A stretch of DNA of 64,000 nt, taken from the NCBI GenBank assembly GCA_964658305.1, contig OZ210885.1:2046001-2110000 (forward strand), given 5' to 3'. The notes beneath the pieces were generated by a model, which saw only the letters and a list, made by a program, of their open reading frames with translations, was not told where the DNA came from and ran no database searches. Position numbers and translations under genes: made by a program. Shown piece after piece: positions 25,677 to 37,400 of this stretch (its first letter is position 1; every line of letters begins with the position of its first letter). The stretch is from Leptogorgia sarmentosa. Taxonomy: Eukaryota.

Positions 25677-26410
25677 TTAATTTGACTTACCCACTAAAAT
25701 AGTCAGTCTTGAAAGTCTTGGATCGAACTCGATACTTGGTTTAATTGCATTCCCATCATTGCTTATTTCACAAGGAATTACACGAACAATGTCAGATGCA
25801 ATAAAAGGAGCTGTTTGATTGTTACTCGTAGCCAGCGCTAACTGAACCAGTGAAAGTGGATTAAGAACACCAGATTTCACAGTATAACCAGCTTGCTCTT
25901 TGTTACATACCGATTCTGAAGGTCCTCCAAAGTTCATTTTGCATGCATACTTGGATTGCATCGAGCCTTTTTTTCCCTTGTCCAATGTTCGTAGGTCCCC
26001 GGAAAAAATCAACGGCTCGCCTGCCGCCTAAGTGACGGATAGTGTTAAAGAATTCGACAACCTCGCGATCACAAGCATGACATCGATCGTAGAATATTTC
26101 AATAACGTCAGAGATAATTGTACAGGATTCCATTCCTACTTATCAAACCTCTGCGGATCAAGTCATCGAATTTGCGACAAACAGGATCTGCCTTATCCAC
26201 ACTATAGGCACTCCATCGATTATCATCATCAACATCATTAATGTCATAGTCTAGAGTAAGACCATGCATGGGCAGAAATGTGGTCTTCCCTTTTACCTGA
26301 GTCAATTGAAATATCTTGATCACTTTCAATGTGTGCGACGTATTCATCCTCACTGCATGGCAAGACGGCTATCATCTGTATCCAATCCTATGTCATTTGA
26401 ACTTGAATCT
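25677..26410 (-). pseudogene. P-element/THAP9-like transposase relic (copy 3, longest)
   Basis: Frameshifted ORFs 26108-26353, 25903-26133 and 25677-26012 ending IPCEISNDGNAIKPSIEFDPRL. Confidence 0.5.
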
Positions 26411-26519
26411 CGATATCTGAAAAAACGACAATTGCTTGATGTCTTCTTTTCACAGCGAAATGAACTAGAAGGAGCTTTTTTAATCCTATTCATAAGGATT
26501 CTAATGTCATCGATCTGGA

Positions 26520-28702
26520 ATCCTGACCAAGACTGTAAAATAATTATAATGCAATATGAAAGTCTCACCCCCAGTGTGTCTTTCCGTTCCCCCGCGATGC
26601 ACTGGTAGGTCGTATAATATTTGTAAGTCTCTTACGTGTACTCCGCAGAATGTTGTTGATCTCGCCCACTGTGTGGCTTGTGATTTGCAAAGAGTTGGCT
26701 CGACCGCTAATTTTAAATCTAGATTGTCAAATTACAAGTCACACATTACGAAGAAGAACGACAAGAAAAGACAAGAAAAGAACGTGTGGTATAGCTAGTC
26801 ACTTTATTGATTCTCATGGTAGTGATCATTCGGCACTCAAATTTATGTTCATTGATCAACACCATAGGAATGTTAGACAAAGGGAGAATTTTTGGATAGG
26901 CACTTTGATTATCAACTTGAGGGGTCTGAATAATAGCCATGACTTTGTACAACTGACAATAGTATTAGTGTATTTTCTCATTACATATGCAATTTTTTAG
27001 TATATATATATATAGGCACTCCATGTATTAGCTGTTATATTTCTGACGAAGGTTGTGGCATGCGACCGAAAATTTAATACTCATCTAGGCTATAATTTAT
27101 TATATTTTACTTCGTTTCTTGGTAGATTTCTTTGTTCATATATTATTAATGTTTCTTCTACCAAGCAGATCTTTGACATTTGTTACCTTATATATTCATT
27201 CTCTGGTCTGTCTCCATCGAACGTCTCGGAGTTAATCATGTTCGTCACCTTTTTAATAGTTTATTTTCATGTAGAGAAAAATTCATACGGTTTAACCACC
27301 ATGTAACCTTGCTTTCCCACTACCGTGTTTGCAAGACATTTCCTAAAGGATTTTCTTTAAAGTTTCATTGTGGCACCATCGATCATACTATGCAAGCACA
27401 AGTGAATTCTACATTGAAGAAATGTTCTACAAAGTTAATGAATTTATTCGAACAACATTATAAGCACAAAATATCTTACTTAAAGTGTGAAGAACAGAAG
27501 ATTGTGCAGTCTCTGAAGTTATTCCATCCAGAGCAAGCGAACTCTATAATGGCGCAGTTACAACAGAGAACTTGTAGGATGAAGGAAATGTATGAAGTAT
27601 TGCGTTTAAATAAATACACTCGAGATGGCTTACGACCGAGGATTGCAAATGTAGAAGCGTGCAACGATTATAGAATGTCTGGGTTAATCGAAAAGACTAG
27701 CAAATACGAGCCCGTTAATCTCACCGATCAGACAATGGAGCAAGCTCTAGTTAGTCTTTGTAGTAGAGGCCCATCTTTTGTTCCGACACCTACCAACGTT
27801 GGTTGGAATGATTTACAACGAAGCTGGCTAGACTTTAAAAGAAACGAGTGAGATGGCGATCCTTTTTCCACGGGAGAGAAATTACATCAACAGAACATGA
27901 AGTCAATCCGTTGGGAGCCCCTTACAAGAAGTCAGTAAAGGAACCACCACCATCGAAGATTCCGGCAATAGAGATATTTCAAAGCAATGTAGAGGAGGAG
28001 TTATTTGATATAAAAAATGTAAGAAGAGTTACTGATAATTTAACCTTGACTGAAAGGAAGGCTTTGAAGAAATTCCGTACAACGCCAGTGTCAGAACGGA
28101 ACTTAATAGTGCCTATCCAAGACAAGAGTAATAACTTTGTATTTTTAGACAAAAATATGGACTCTTCTGAGGTTAGGGAACAAATGGAACGGGGGTCTTT
28201 TAAAATGTTGGAACAGGATATCTCAGTTGAAACATGTTCTGAAATTTTAAAATGGGCAGAAAAATGGGAATCTAGGGGTTTGTCTCATAGATGGAATGAG
28301 TTTATTACTAATTTTAATACGCCACAGCCGGGTATCAATTATCCCCTTATTAAAACTCATAAAATTCATAACCCTGCACGTGTCATCACGTCTGGTTGCG
28401 GTACGCCCACAGAAAATTTATCCTTGTTTGTTGAAAAGTATTGCAGTATTGTAGATGATTCCATCTCTTGCCGGGTGTGGGATACTGCACATATGTTAGA
28501 TATAATTAATGAATTACATTTGGCGGGTGTTCAGGATGGAGATTTGTTGGTTAGTTTTGATATAACCAACATGTTTCCATCTATTAACAACCAGACTGGG
28601 GTTGACCGTGTTCAGCGAAAATTGTATATGAGTATGTCAGTAATTTTGACATACCTGTAGAATGTATTATTGAGGCATTGGAGACTTGCTTGAGGCGTAA
28701 TT
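26520..28702 (+). mobile_element. Second, unrelated Penelope-like element: upstream 3'-end copy (GIY-YIG plus UTR, pLTR-like) followed by N-terminus and partial RT
   Basis: 26520-26960 encodes the decayed endonuclease (TGRSYNI.KSLTCT..NVV.L..C..C..Q.VGST..FKSRLSNYKSHI...RENFWIGTL...GLN). ORFs 27180-27851 and 27848-28660 encode PLE N-terminal and RT motifs (LCSRGPSFVPTP, DNLT..ERKALK, QDKSNNFV, LIKTHK..NPAR.I.SG, LVSFDITNMFPSI). Frameshifted and cut at 28702. Confidence 0.88.
27036..27080 (+). ncRNA. Minimal, possibly degenerate type I hammerhead ribozyme in the PLE pLTR
   Basis: CTGACGA, stem II GGTTGTG/TGCGACC, GAAA, tiny AATT stem III. Stem I is imperfect. Confidence 0.55.
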
Positions 28703-29043
28703 GCAATGCAGTAGGTAAATGAAAATTTTTGTGACAGTTTGACAGGGTTTTCTCGTCATGCTGTTGTCCAAATTAAGACCCTCAAAGTATTTCGTTCGTC
28801 TATGGCTTTAATCGGCGAATTTTCGCCAGCAATTGTGCGGGTTAACAAGGAAATGGTCTGATGTAGCTCCGACCCCGATTGCTACTGTTGATAAGTAAAT
28901 TTGAAATACACTCCCTTCTCATATTGTCAATAACTATACATTAAAATTGTGTACATGGATGTTCTTTTCAGATTATTTTGATTATTCAATGAGAACGGAT
29001 AACATCACCTTGCTGGATATATTTTGGGCTGATGGCTAGGTGC
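28703..29043. repeat. Third partial copy of 14261-14600, lacking the Academ-like insertion
   Basis: Direct near-identity that reads through GGCT-AGGT-GC with a single AGGT. Confidence 0.85.
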
Positions 29044-30088
29044 CAAACATGCAGGCTTCGAACAACCGTCTTCTAGTGATACCACAATATCTCTTCGAAT
29101 TTTGGAGCAAATTCAGCATCTCTTGATAAAATAGCTACAAAGCAACGACAATTTCCCAACATAATATAATGATGTTTAGAAAGTTTAGATGAATGAAAGT
29201 TCCAACTTTTTTCACCGATCATAAATATCAGGGATAGTGTTTGATAAATAGTTAGGAAGGAAGAATTTGATAATGCAAATTAAGATGTTGGTGGCTTGAA
29301 TTAGAAAATGGGTCTAGATACAGGTATTCGGATCCTGGAGAAACGTTTGAATAGCTGTTCCTTTGTTAAGGGAATGATTTTGGGTGACATAAGTGATTTG
29401 TAATCATATTTTTATAACGATAATGTATTTGATTGGATGAACGAAGTGTTGGTGAATTAATACATGTTGAAATACAGATGATTGAAATGATGTTGTAGTG
29501 GTTGAGGTTACTGGATGATGTTGGCAAAACCCGGGTGCATTTGTGTTGTGTGTGAATGCCAAGACTAGAGTGATTGCCAATATACAGCCACTCAGGCCTA
29601 GTCCCTGTTAGTTTTACGTTTAAAACTGCTAGTTATTTTTTTCATCAGGCTCCAAGCATAACTGGGAAAGTACGTTTTTAACCTGCTAGCGGGTCTTGGA
29701 ACGACGTGCTCGCATATTATAAGTTTTGTTTCACACTGAATTTTAATGGTGCGAAAAAGCAGGTTCACTTTTTCCTCTCTGCAAGTTGTGAGGGTGATGG
29801 AGTCGGGCTGGAGACGGCGTGTGATGGATGAGAGGGTTTTTATGGAATGCGTTTTGGTGAAGTGCAGTGGCGTGGATTACATATATTAAGGTAGGAACTG
29901 GATAACTTACGAAGGCAGTCAATAGACTGTACTGTGCGTTCAAGTTAATGACGAAGAGAATTGTGAAAAGTAGGGACGTTGCCATGGAGACGTATCCAGG
30001 TTCATAAACGTTGCCGTGGGAGACGTGCCGGGGAGTGGGTTCTTGGAGCGTGGGGTCAAAGTTCATGCCAGCATGGCTAATTGAATTA

Positions 30089-30328
30089 GTTAGGGTCAGG
30101 TTAAGGATTGGGTTGGGGTTAGGTAGAGGGTGTACTTGAAGATTGGGGTTTGAATTGGTTAAGGTCAGATTAAGGATTGGGTTGGGATTAGGTGGAGGGT
30201 GTATTTGGGGATTAGGGTTGGAATTGGTTAGGGTCAGTTTAAGGATTGGGCTTGGGTTTGGTAAAGGGTGTGTTTAAGGATTGGGGTTTGATTGGTTAGG
30301 GTCAGTTTAAGGATTGGGTTGGGGTTAG
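30089..30328 (+). repeat. G-rich 68-69-bp minisatellite (~3.5 copies) with telomere-like TTAGGG variants
   Basis: Units start GTTAGGGTCAG/GTTAAGGTCAG at 30089, 30158, 30227 and 30295. Confidence 0.85.
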
Positions 30329-30859
30329 ACTTCGATTTCGGTGGCTGGGACAAGTTGTATGGTGTGGTGTTTCCTGTTTGGACGAGATGTAGAAGGAAAA
30401 GGGACGAAGGAAGGTGGAGTTGTGCTAGTGGAATCAGACATGATGATGGTCTAGGGGTCAGGGGGAGGATTTGGAATGGATTTGGCTTCAAGGTCTATCT
30501 CACATTTAGGGATGGATCGGTTGGGGTCCGGATTAGGATATGGGTAGGGTAGGGTGTGATTAGATTTGGATATCCAATCGATTGTCGTTGTGACGTCTGT
30601 CGGTGCTCTTAATCTGTGACGTAGGACACGAAATATCCCTAAATATGAGATATTATATTATAGGATTCACTGTGCTTTTTTACATTTGCGGACTTCAGAA
30701 AGTCGTAAAATTATAATATCTCCGCTTGAAATGAAAGAATTTAATGTACCAGGAGTTCAAACTGGGAATATAAATTTAAAACGAGCGCTATTGAATAAAG
30801 ACGATGTGATGAAATACTACGGCCATTAATATGAAATATATGAATGGATACTTCCAAGC

Positions 30860-31375
30860 CAGTGGCGGATTAAGGGGGGGGCTGACTGGGCTACAGCCAG
30901 GGGCCCGCAGATTTGCTGGTCCCATGGGGGCCCGCGGCCGCCTTACTATTTTTTAAACAATGTTCAAGGTAGAAATAATAAAATTTCATTCATTGAACTT
31001 AATCATTACTCGAAATTTAGATTTGCGCCAATGTTTTCAAGTACGATTTTTTCCTTTTGCGGAATCAGCATTCGTATTGATTAGTTTCCAGTTTTCCTGC
31101 ATGAAATTCAAAATGGCGTCGATGGCATGACAGGACGATTCAAATTTCAATACCATTGGAAGAGAAAGAAGGCATTAAGGTTCAATCAAGTCTAAAAACA
31201 ATAACACCTTCACGTTTTTTGTTGTTTTGTTGTTTATGTGGATATAAAAGCTCCAGAAAAAAATCCACAGTCTAGCCAGGTAGCTGGATGTAGCCGAAAG
31301 GTAAAGCAGCGTCCAGGTCTGGGGGCCCAATCAGAAAAATAGCCAGGGGCCCCATGAATCGTTAATCCGCCACTG
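30860..31375. mobile_element. hAT-like MITE
   Basis: TIR CAGTGGCGGATTAA / TTAATCCGCCACTG with perfect 8-bp TSD TTCCAAGC. Confidence 0.9.
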
Positions 31376-32045
31376 TTCCAAGCACTTAAGCACTATTTGG
31401 CAAATTCACCAGGCAGGCAGATACGAGCTGCTTTTATATTGCACGGCATTTGAAATGTATTTATATAATCTCATCATCGCCGATTTTCAGAACATGACTT
31501 ATTTTGTACTTGAACGACACTGACAAAACTGCTACAAAAACATTTTGTATTGTTTTTTAAATACACATCATTTTCGGAAAAAAATTTTCACGTTGTGATA
31601 TACAGTACCATTTTACTCTTCTAGTCAATACATCAGAAATATTTTAATTTTTAGCTTCCTGAGAGTGATTTCAATCAGTGTGCAAAATATATTTCAGCTT
31701 TTGAGGATGAATTATGTACTCCCGTATTTTACATTCATGTAATTTATTGTACTAAAATCCAGGTAGCAAAACCTGTATTTGATTATCAACCTATCCTCAG
31801 TGCAGGGTAATTCATAATGGACAATTTAAACCATAGCGCAATCAAAGCTGATGCCAATCCTAAGGCATCCAACACCTAAGCCCTCAACTCTGCAAGTGAG
31901 ACTTCATAAATTATAACATCATAGGAAAAGTCTTTACATGCATTACCATTGTGGTAAATATTGTTGCCAGATCTGATATCTGCATTTGATGCATTGGTAA
32001 AATGCAATTCACACTTCATGGGTGATGTGTGCAGTCAATATAAAA

Positions 32046-32380
32046 CAGGGGCGGCGGAACATATTTTATTTTGAGGGGGGGGCTAAATTAAAAAAAAGTT
32101 TATCGTAGCTTTTGTCTAAGTGGATACACAAACGGCATAGCGTGTATCACTGTAGTGATTTCTCCTACCTTTGAAAAATTTTTCAAAATCTACAAAAATA
32201 CGGATATCAGGATATGCAATTGTGCATAGTGCATACTGTAGAGTGTAGATTATTTGATCATCTCATGACTCAGTATCTCGCATTCTTTATGTATTTTTGG
32301 GGGGGGCTAAGCCCCCCCCCACCTTTTACTTTTGGGGGGGCTTTTAGCCCCCTAGCCCCCCCCCTGTTCCGCTGCCCCTG
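32046..32380. mobile_element. hAT-like MITE
   Basis: TIR CAGGGGCGGCGGAACA / TGTTCCGCTGCCCCTG; 8-bp TSD ATATAAAA/TTATAAAA (7 of 8 match). Confidence 0.85.
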
Positions 32381-32980
32381 TTATAAAATCAAAATTATGC
32401 ACATGTATACAGTAGCTATAATCAGATTTTATTCAAAAATTATTTTTCACAGTGAGAATTTGTCAAAGTAAGTCAAGAACTAAAGATCTTAAATAATCCC
32501 TAAGCCAATTAATATCAAATGGAAGATAGACAACACACAAGTAATACAGTAAAATTATGACGTCAAAATGACGTAAATTTGGTCAAATTCCGCCATGTTT
32601 TTGGCGACACTTTGTTGTCATTTTTTATATGGCGTTTTATTACAGCCCGATTATCTCCAGATAAATAAGTATAGCTCAGTGGTTAATACCAGTTTACATT
32701 GCAATGTATTAACACACTGAGTATCCGAGTGAACCGGGAGACTGGGTCGAGCAAGCTAATTAATGTGCGAATGTCTGCGATTTCTGGCGATGGTTGGCAT
32801 TCTATGATACAGATTTGAAGCTGATTTCTTCACTCATGAGGTCATCCCCAGTTGTACAAATATACAACGCAAATTCCCAAAACCCATGGCATTTAGAGGT
32901 ATGCTCACTCATCAAACAAATCTCGCGAGAATGTCTCGCAGCATAGACACGCGTGTCCGTAATAACACAGAGTAAATACA

Positions 32981-33171
32981 TACAGAGGTCTAACTGTTGT
33001 ACCAACTTTTTTGTGCGCATGCTCAGCAAGTTACTTGATGCATGCATCTAATTGGATGACGACCTAATGACGACTAACTTTAAACTTGCCGAGCATGCGC
33101 AGTCGATCATTTTTTTACCATGCCGCAGAGAGTACATGAAAATGCACTTAATATTCAGTTAGACCTCTGTA
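32981..33171. mobile_element. Short MITE
   Basis: TIR TACAGAGGTCTAACTG / CAGTTAGACCTCTGTA with internal inverted TGCGCATGCTC motifs. Confidence 0.6.
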
Positions 33172-33395
33172 GCTAGGATATATACTCTGTGGCAGTAACG
33201 CACGTCTGCGTTGAATTTGAATCAAACATTCACGTCGAGCTGAAGAGTAGGAACGAATAAAGGACCAATTTTAAGTTGTTTACTAACAGTTTTTCTACAT
33301 ATACGTACAAGTTAAATTATAAATAAGATATTTGTTCCTTTCACATTAAATTAAGTCCACAAATAGTGTTGACAAATTCGAATTATTTTACAATT

Positions 33396-33594
33396 CTGGG
33401 GCCGGTTGTTCGAAAGTCGGATAACTTTATCCATTTGTAGGATAGTGATTTTTTAACCGTTGTACAAAAATGTTCAAAAAGCTACAACGAAGAAAGTTTA
33501 ACTTTAACATATCAAAGTTTAAACTGAATAAGATCGATCAACGGGCTGTTATCCGATGGATAGCGCTACCCAAATTTTGAACAACCGGCTCCTG
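33396..33594. mobile_element. Short degenerate MITE
   Basis: Imperfect TIR CTGGGGCCGGTTGTTCGAAA / TTTTGAACAACCGGCTCCTG. Confidence 0.55.
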
Positions 33595-34474
33595 GTATAA
33601 ATAGCTAATGTCAGCTATTAAGAGAATCTTATCCATAAATAAATTTAAACTGTTTATAACATAAAATTTACTTTCTTAATCTCGTCAAAAATTTTTGTAC
33701 TTTCTTATATTGCTTATTTTGATGATAATATCATTGTATTAAATTTAATTCACGCTGATTGGCTAAAAACGTTCTCAAGAACAGTCCGAGTTAAACGTTA
33801 ATCACACTAGTGTGCGTGTTAATAATTTTACACAGGTGTGTCATCTTTTAATTACACGGTTTCGAGCCCGCGATATATTTGAAAACAACATTTTTTTCTT
33901 CTGTCATTTAGTGTCAATTTTGAACAATGGAAAATACTGAATGTTTCTTAAATGTGTCCTGTAATGATATTAATGCGAAATAACACTTGTTCTAAGTACT
34001 ATTGGAAAATTGCACTTTGTGTCTGGCGAAATAATGCCGCAATACGAGTGCTCGTGATCGCATATAGCTAACACTACCGGAAGCTTGCTTGAATTCTGTC
34101 GGTACATTTTGCAGGGTTCAGACAATGGTTAGCCCAATCGCTGAATGAGCAATCGTATGCTGGCATTAATGCTTAGAACAGATGTTAAAATATTAGCAAA
34201 GTTTGAATGATTTGTGCGTGTGAGAGAGTCTACGTATAAGATTGAGTATGTTTGAAAAAAATTAGCTGTATCCGTTGTACCTCGGTCAATAAACTTCCTT
34301 GTGATGGTCTGTGCCTACTGTACAGTAGATTATATCGCGGTTTAAAGATGCCAAGGGATTTTAGGGAACTTTTCGAACTATGCATAAGTTTTTCTGTCGA
34401 AGTATCGTAATTTTCCATTTTGGTACAGTAGGATATTATCAGCATCAAGCCATGATACAAGGACGCCTTGACCA

Positions 34475-37400
34475 TCATGTTTGTGTCTTTGCTTCTTTAT
34501 GTTTATCTTCTTTATTAAGAGATAACAACTCCCCTTCACTTTCAGTGTCTGATATAACACGTGTTTCTATTATTTTTGGTCGTAATTCATCTTTCTTTGT
34601 TTTGCCATCCACTGCGTTGCCTCCAACACTTCCTCTACTGTAACGAGTCTTTTCTGGAGACCGGTCGTGGGAAAGTAAGATCGACTGCAGTTTTTCACAA
34701 AGTTTCTTGAACTTCTGCAAGGAACCTTTTAGACAAGAAGAACACGTTTAACAGGTAAGAACAACACGGTTAACAGGTAAGAAGAACACGGTTAACAGGT
34801 AAGGGGGGGGGGACAGATAAGAAGAACACGGTTAACAGATAAGAAGAACACAGTTGACAGATAATAAGAACACGGTTAACAGGTAAGAAGAACACGGTTA
34901 ACAGGTAAGAAGAACACGTTTAACAGGTAAGAAGAACACGGTTAACAGGTAAGAAGAATACGGTTAACAGGTAAAAAGAACACGTTAACAGATAAGAAGA
35001 ACACGGTTAAACAGGTAAGAACACGTTTAACAGGTAAGAAGAAAACGGTTAACAGGCAAAAAAAACACGTTTAACAGGTAAGAAGAACACGGTTAACAGG
35101 TAAGAAGAACACGTTTAACAGGTAAGAAGAACACGGTTAACAGGTAAGAAGAACACGGTAAACAGGTAAGAACAGTCACGGTTAACAGATAAGAACACGG
35201 TTGACATGTAAGAAGAACACGGTTAACATGTAAGAAGAACACGGTTAACATGTAAGAAGAAAACGATTAACAGGTAAGATCACGGTTAACAAATAAGAAC
35301 ACAGTTAACAGACAAGAACACGGTTAACAGATAAGAACACGGTTAACATGAAAGAAGAACACGATTAACAGGTAAGACCACGGTTAACATGTAAGAACAC
35401 GGTTAACAGATAAGAACACGGTTAACAAGTAAGAATACGGCCAACAGACAAGAACACGGTTAACATGTAAGAACACGGTTAACAGATAAGAACACGGTTA
35501 ACATGTAAGAATACGGCCAACAGACAAGAACACGGTTAACATGTAAGAACACGGTTAACAGATTAGAACACGGTTAACATGTAAGAACACGGTTAACAGA
35601 TTAGAACACGGTTAACATGTAAGAACACGGTTAACAGATAAGAACACGGTTAACATGAAAGAAGAACACGGTTAACAGGTAAGAAGAACACGGTTAACAA
35701 ATAAGATGAACACGGTTAACAGTAGGTGTGGGATGTGGTAATCATCCTTAATTACAGCAGTTACATCAGGCTGCATTGTGAGGGAGGCTTTCTAAGAAAA
35801 TCTCGCTATCTTGCCAACCAAGCTTATGAGAAGAAGGCTCAATAGAAAAAGACAAATCATAGAAGCTGAGACGAAAATTGTCGATGTAAAACGAAAACCA
35901 GTTCTTCATGCTCATCCAGTTCTAGATTCTAGATAATGAAGGAGCCTACCTGAAACTATTTTCACATTCACAGTGAAAACACTTTGTCCATGCTTGCTTT
36001 CTTGAACGTCTTTCGATTCCTCGATGACCACATCTATCCTTGCAGATTTCCGGAACATTGAAGTACCTGCAGTTGATAAGAAAAACTTTCTGGTCAGAAT
36101 TGACCAGCGTGAAGGCCAGTTTCCACTCAGAACAATATCGAACCTGCGAATGGGCAATTTTCTGCACCAGTTTGAACCTATGATGCTACGATGAAGAGTT
36201 GAAGTATTTTCAACCTATTTCATCAGGCGGCGTGGATAATAAACGATGGAAAAGAGTCTAGTGCGATCCAATCCAAATTTTTTTTACAATGACACTCTAC
36301 CTTTGTGTTTACCGTATTCGGCTGTGAACGTTGTAGATGACGTAACATTGTGTGTAACATGAGGTATCTGAAAGATATCATACCGGTGAATTACTTATTT
36401 ATTAACTTTACAGTTCAAAGAGTGACGGAACAACATGACAAGCTAGGACAACATAAACACATTAACATAAACTATAATACTACTATAACAATATACGTAC
36501 ACAAATAAACATTATTATGACATGTAACAACATCTGGGAGCAACAGTTGTTTTCAAAAGAACGACATTTGCTACACACAGTTTTTCAGATTCTACGTCCA
36601 CATCAAAGCAACTCATTAGTGGGACGTTCAGCAAAAAAATAATGGATTGGGTTTATATTTTGATGTAATTAATTGGTTGAAGGGGTAAAATGAAATTCCT
36701 CCACATGAAATTACATATTTAATATCGTTGTATCATTGTAGTCAATTTCCTGGGCGCTGATTGCCTAAAAACTTCAAGGATCTTTTTCCCAGACAGCACC
36801 AAGCATTCCGCCATATCTTTTTTCATCTTGAACCACATAACTTGTAATATCAGTCCGGAATTACAGATTTCGTTACAAGTAAGCAAAAACAAGGCAAGGA
36901 TGACAAATAAGCTACAATATATAAGAAAGATATACTACTCACTGTTAAGAAGGCGTGAACGATGTCAGCTCTGATTGTGCCAAGTGATTTATCTTTGATA
37001 ACAATGAAAAATGGCTGAAAAGGAGAAGAATGAATAATTTTATAGCCTAATCCATCGATCATGAAAGATCATGAAATAAATGTACGACCAGTTAGAATAG
37101 GTAATAATGCCATTGGGAATCATGTATTGAGAACACCTGGTAAGAATAATTCAGATAAGTGCCCCCCCCCCCCCGTTCTTTCAATGAGGCCAATAGGGAT
37201 AATCAATCTTTCCAGATAGTCAATACCTCTTCCTTGCTGGTATGTGAATGTCCCAACGGAAGATGGGCGAACCATGATTTCTTTACATCACTGAAACATG
37301 AGAAAAAATCAATATAACGCAAGAAAAGACAATACCATCATTGATGAAGATATACAATTTTGTGCAAACACATATACAAAAATATCATTATTAAATGTTA

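Larger units (their letters stand above)
13050..26412. repeat. ~6.8-kb tandem segmental duplication (unit 1 13050-19870; unit 2 19871-26412)
   Basis: ORF track and sequence repeat at an offset of 6800-6820 (14760/21580, 15166/21986, 17308/24117, 17990/24790), with scattered SNPs and indels. Confidence 0.95.

Noticed and set aside
13050..26412. Tandem duplication as a pure assembly artefact
   Set aside because: Copies differ by many SNPs and indels (including a ~64-bp deletion near 18785) and have a unique templated junction. An uncollapsed-haplotype origin cannot be fully excluded without reads.
32670..32730. TAGCTCAGTGGTTAA resembling a tRNA/SINE A-box
   Set aside because: No B-box or cloverleaf; it is one arm of a local palindrome (CTCAGTG-GTTAATAC / GTATTAAC-A-CACTGAG).
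34735..35722. Repeat array as CRISPR or coding repeat
   Set aside because: No spacers; it lies inside a well-supported intron.
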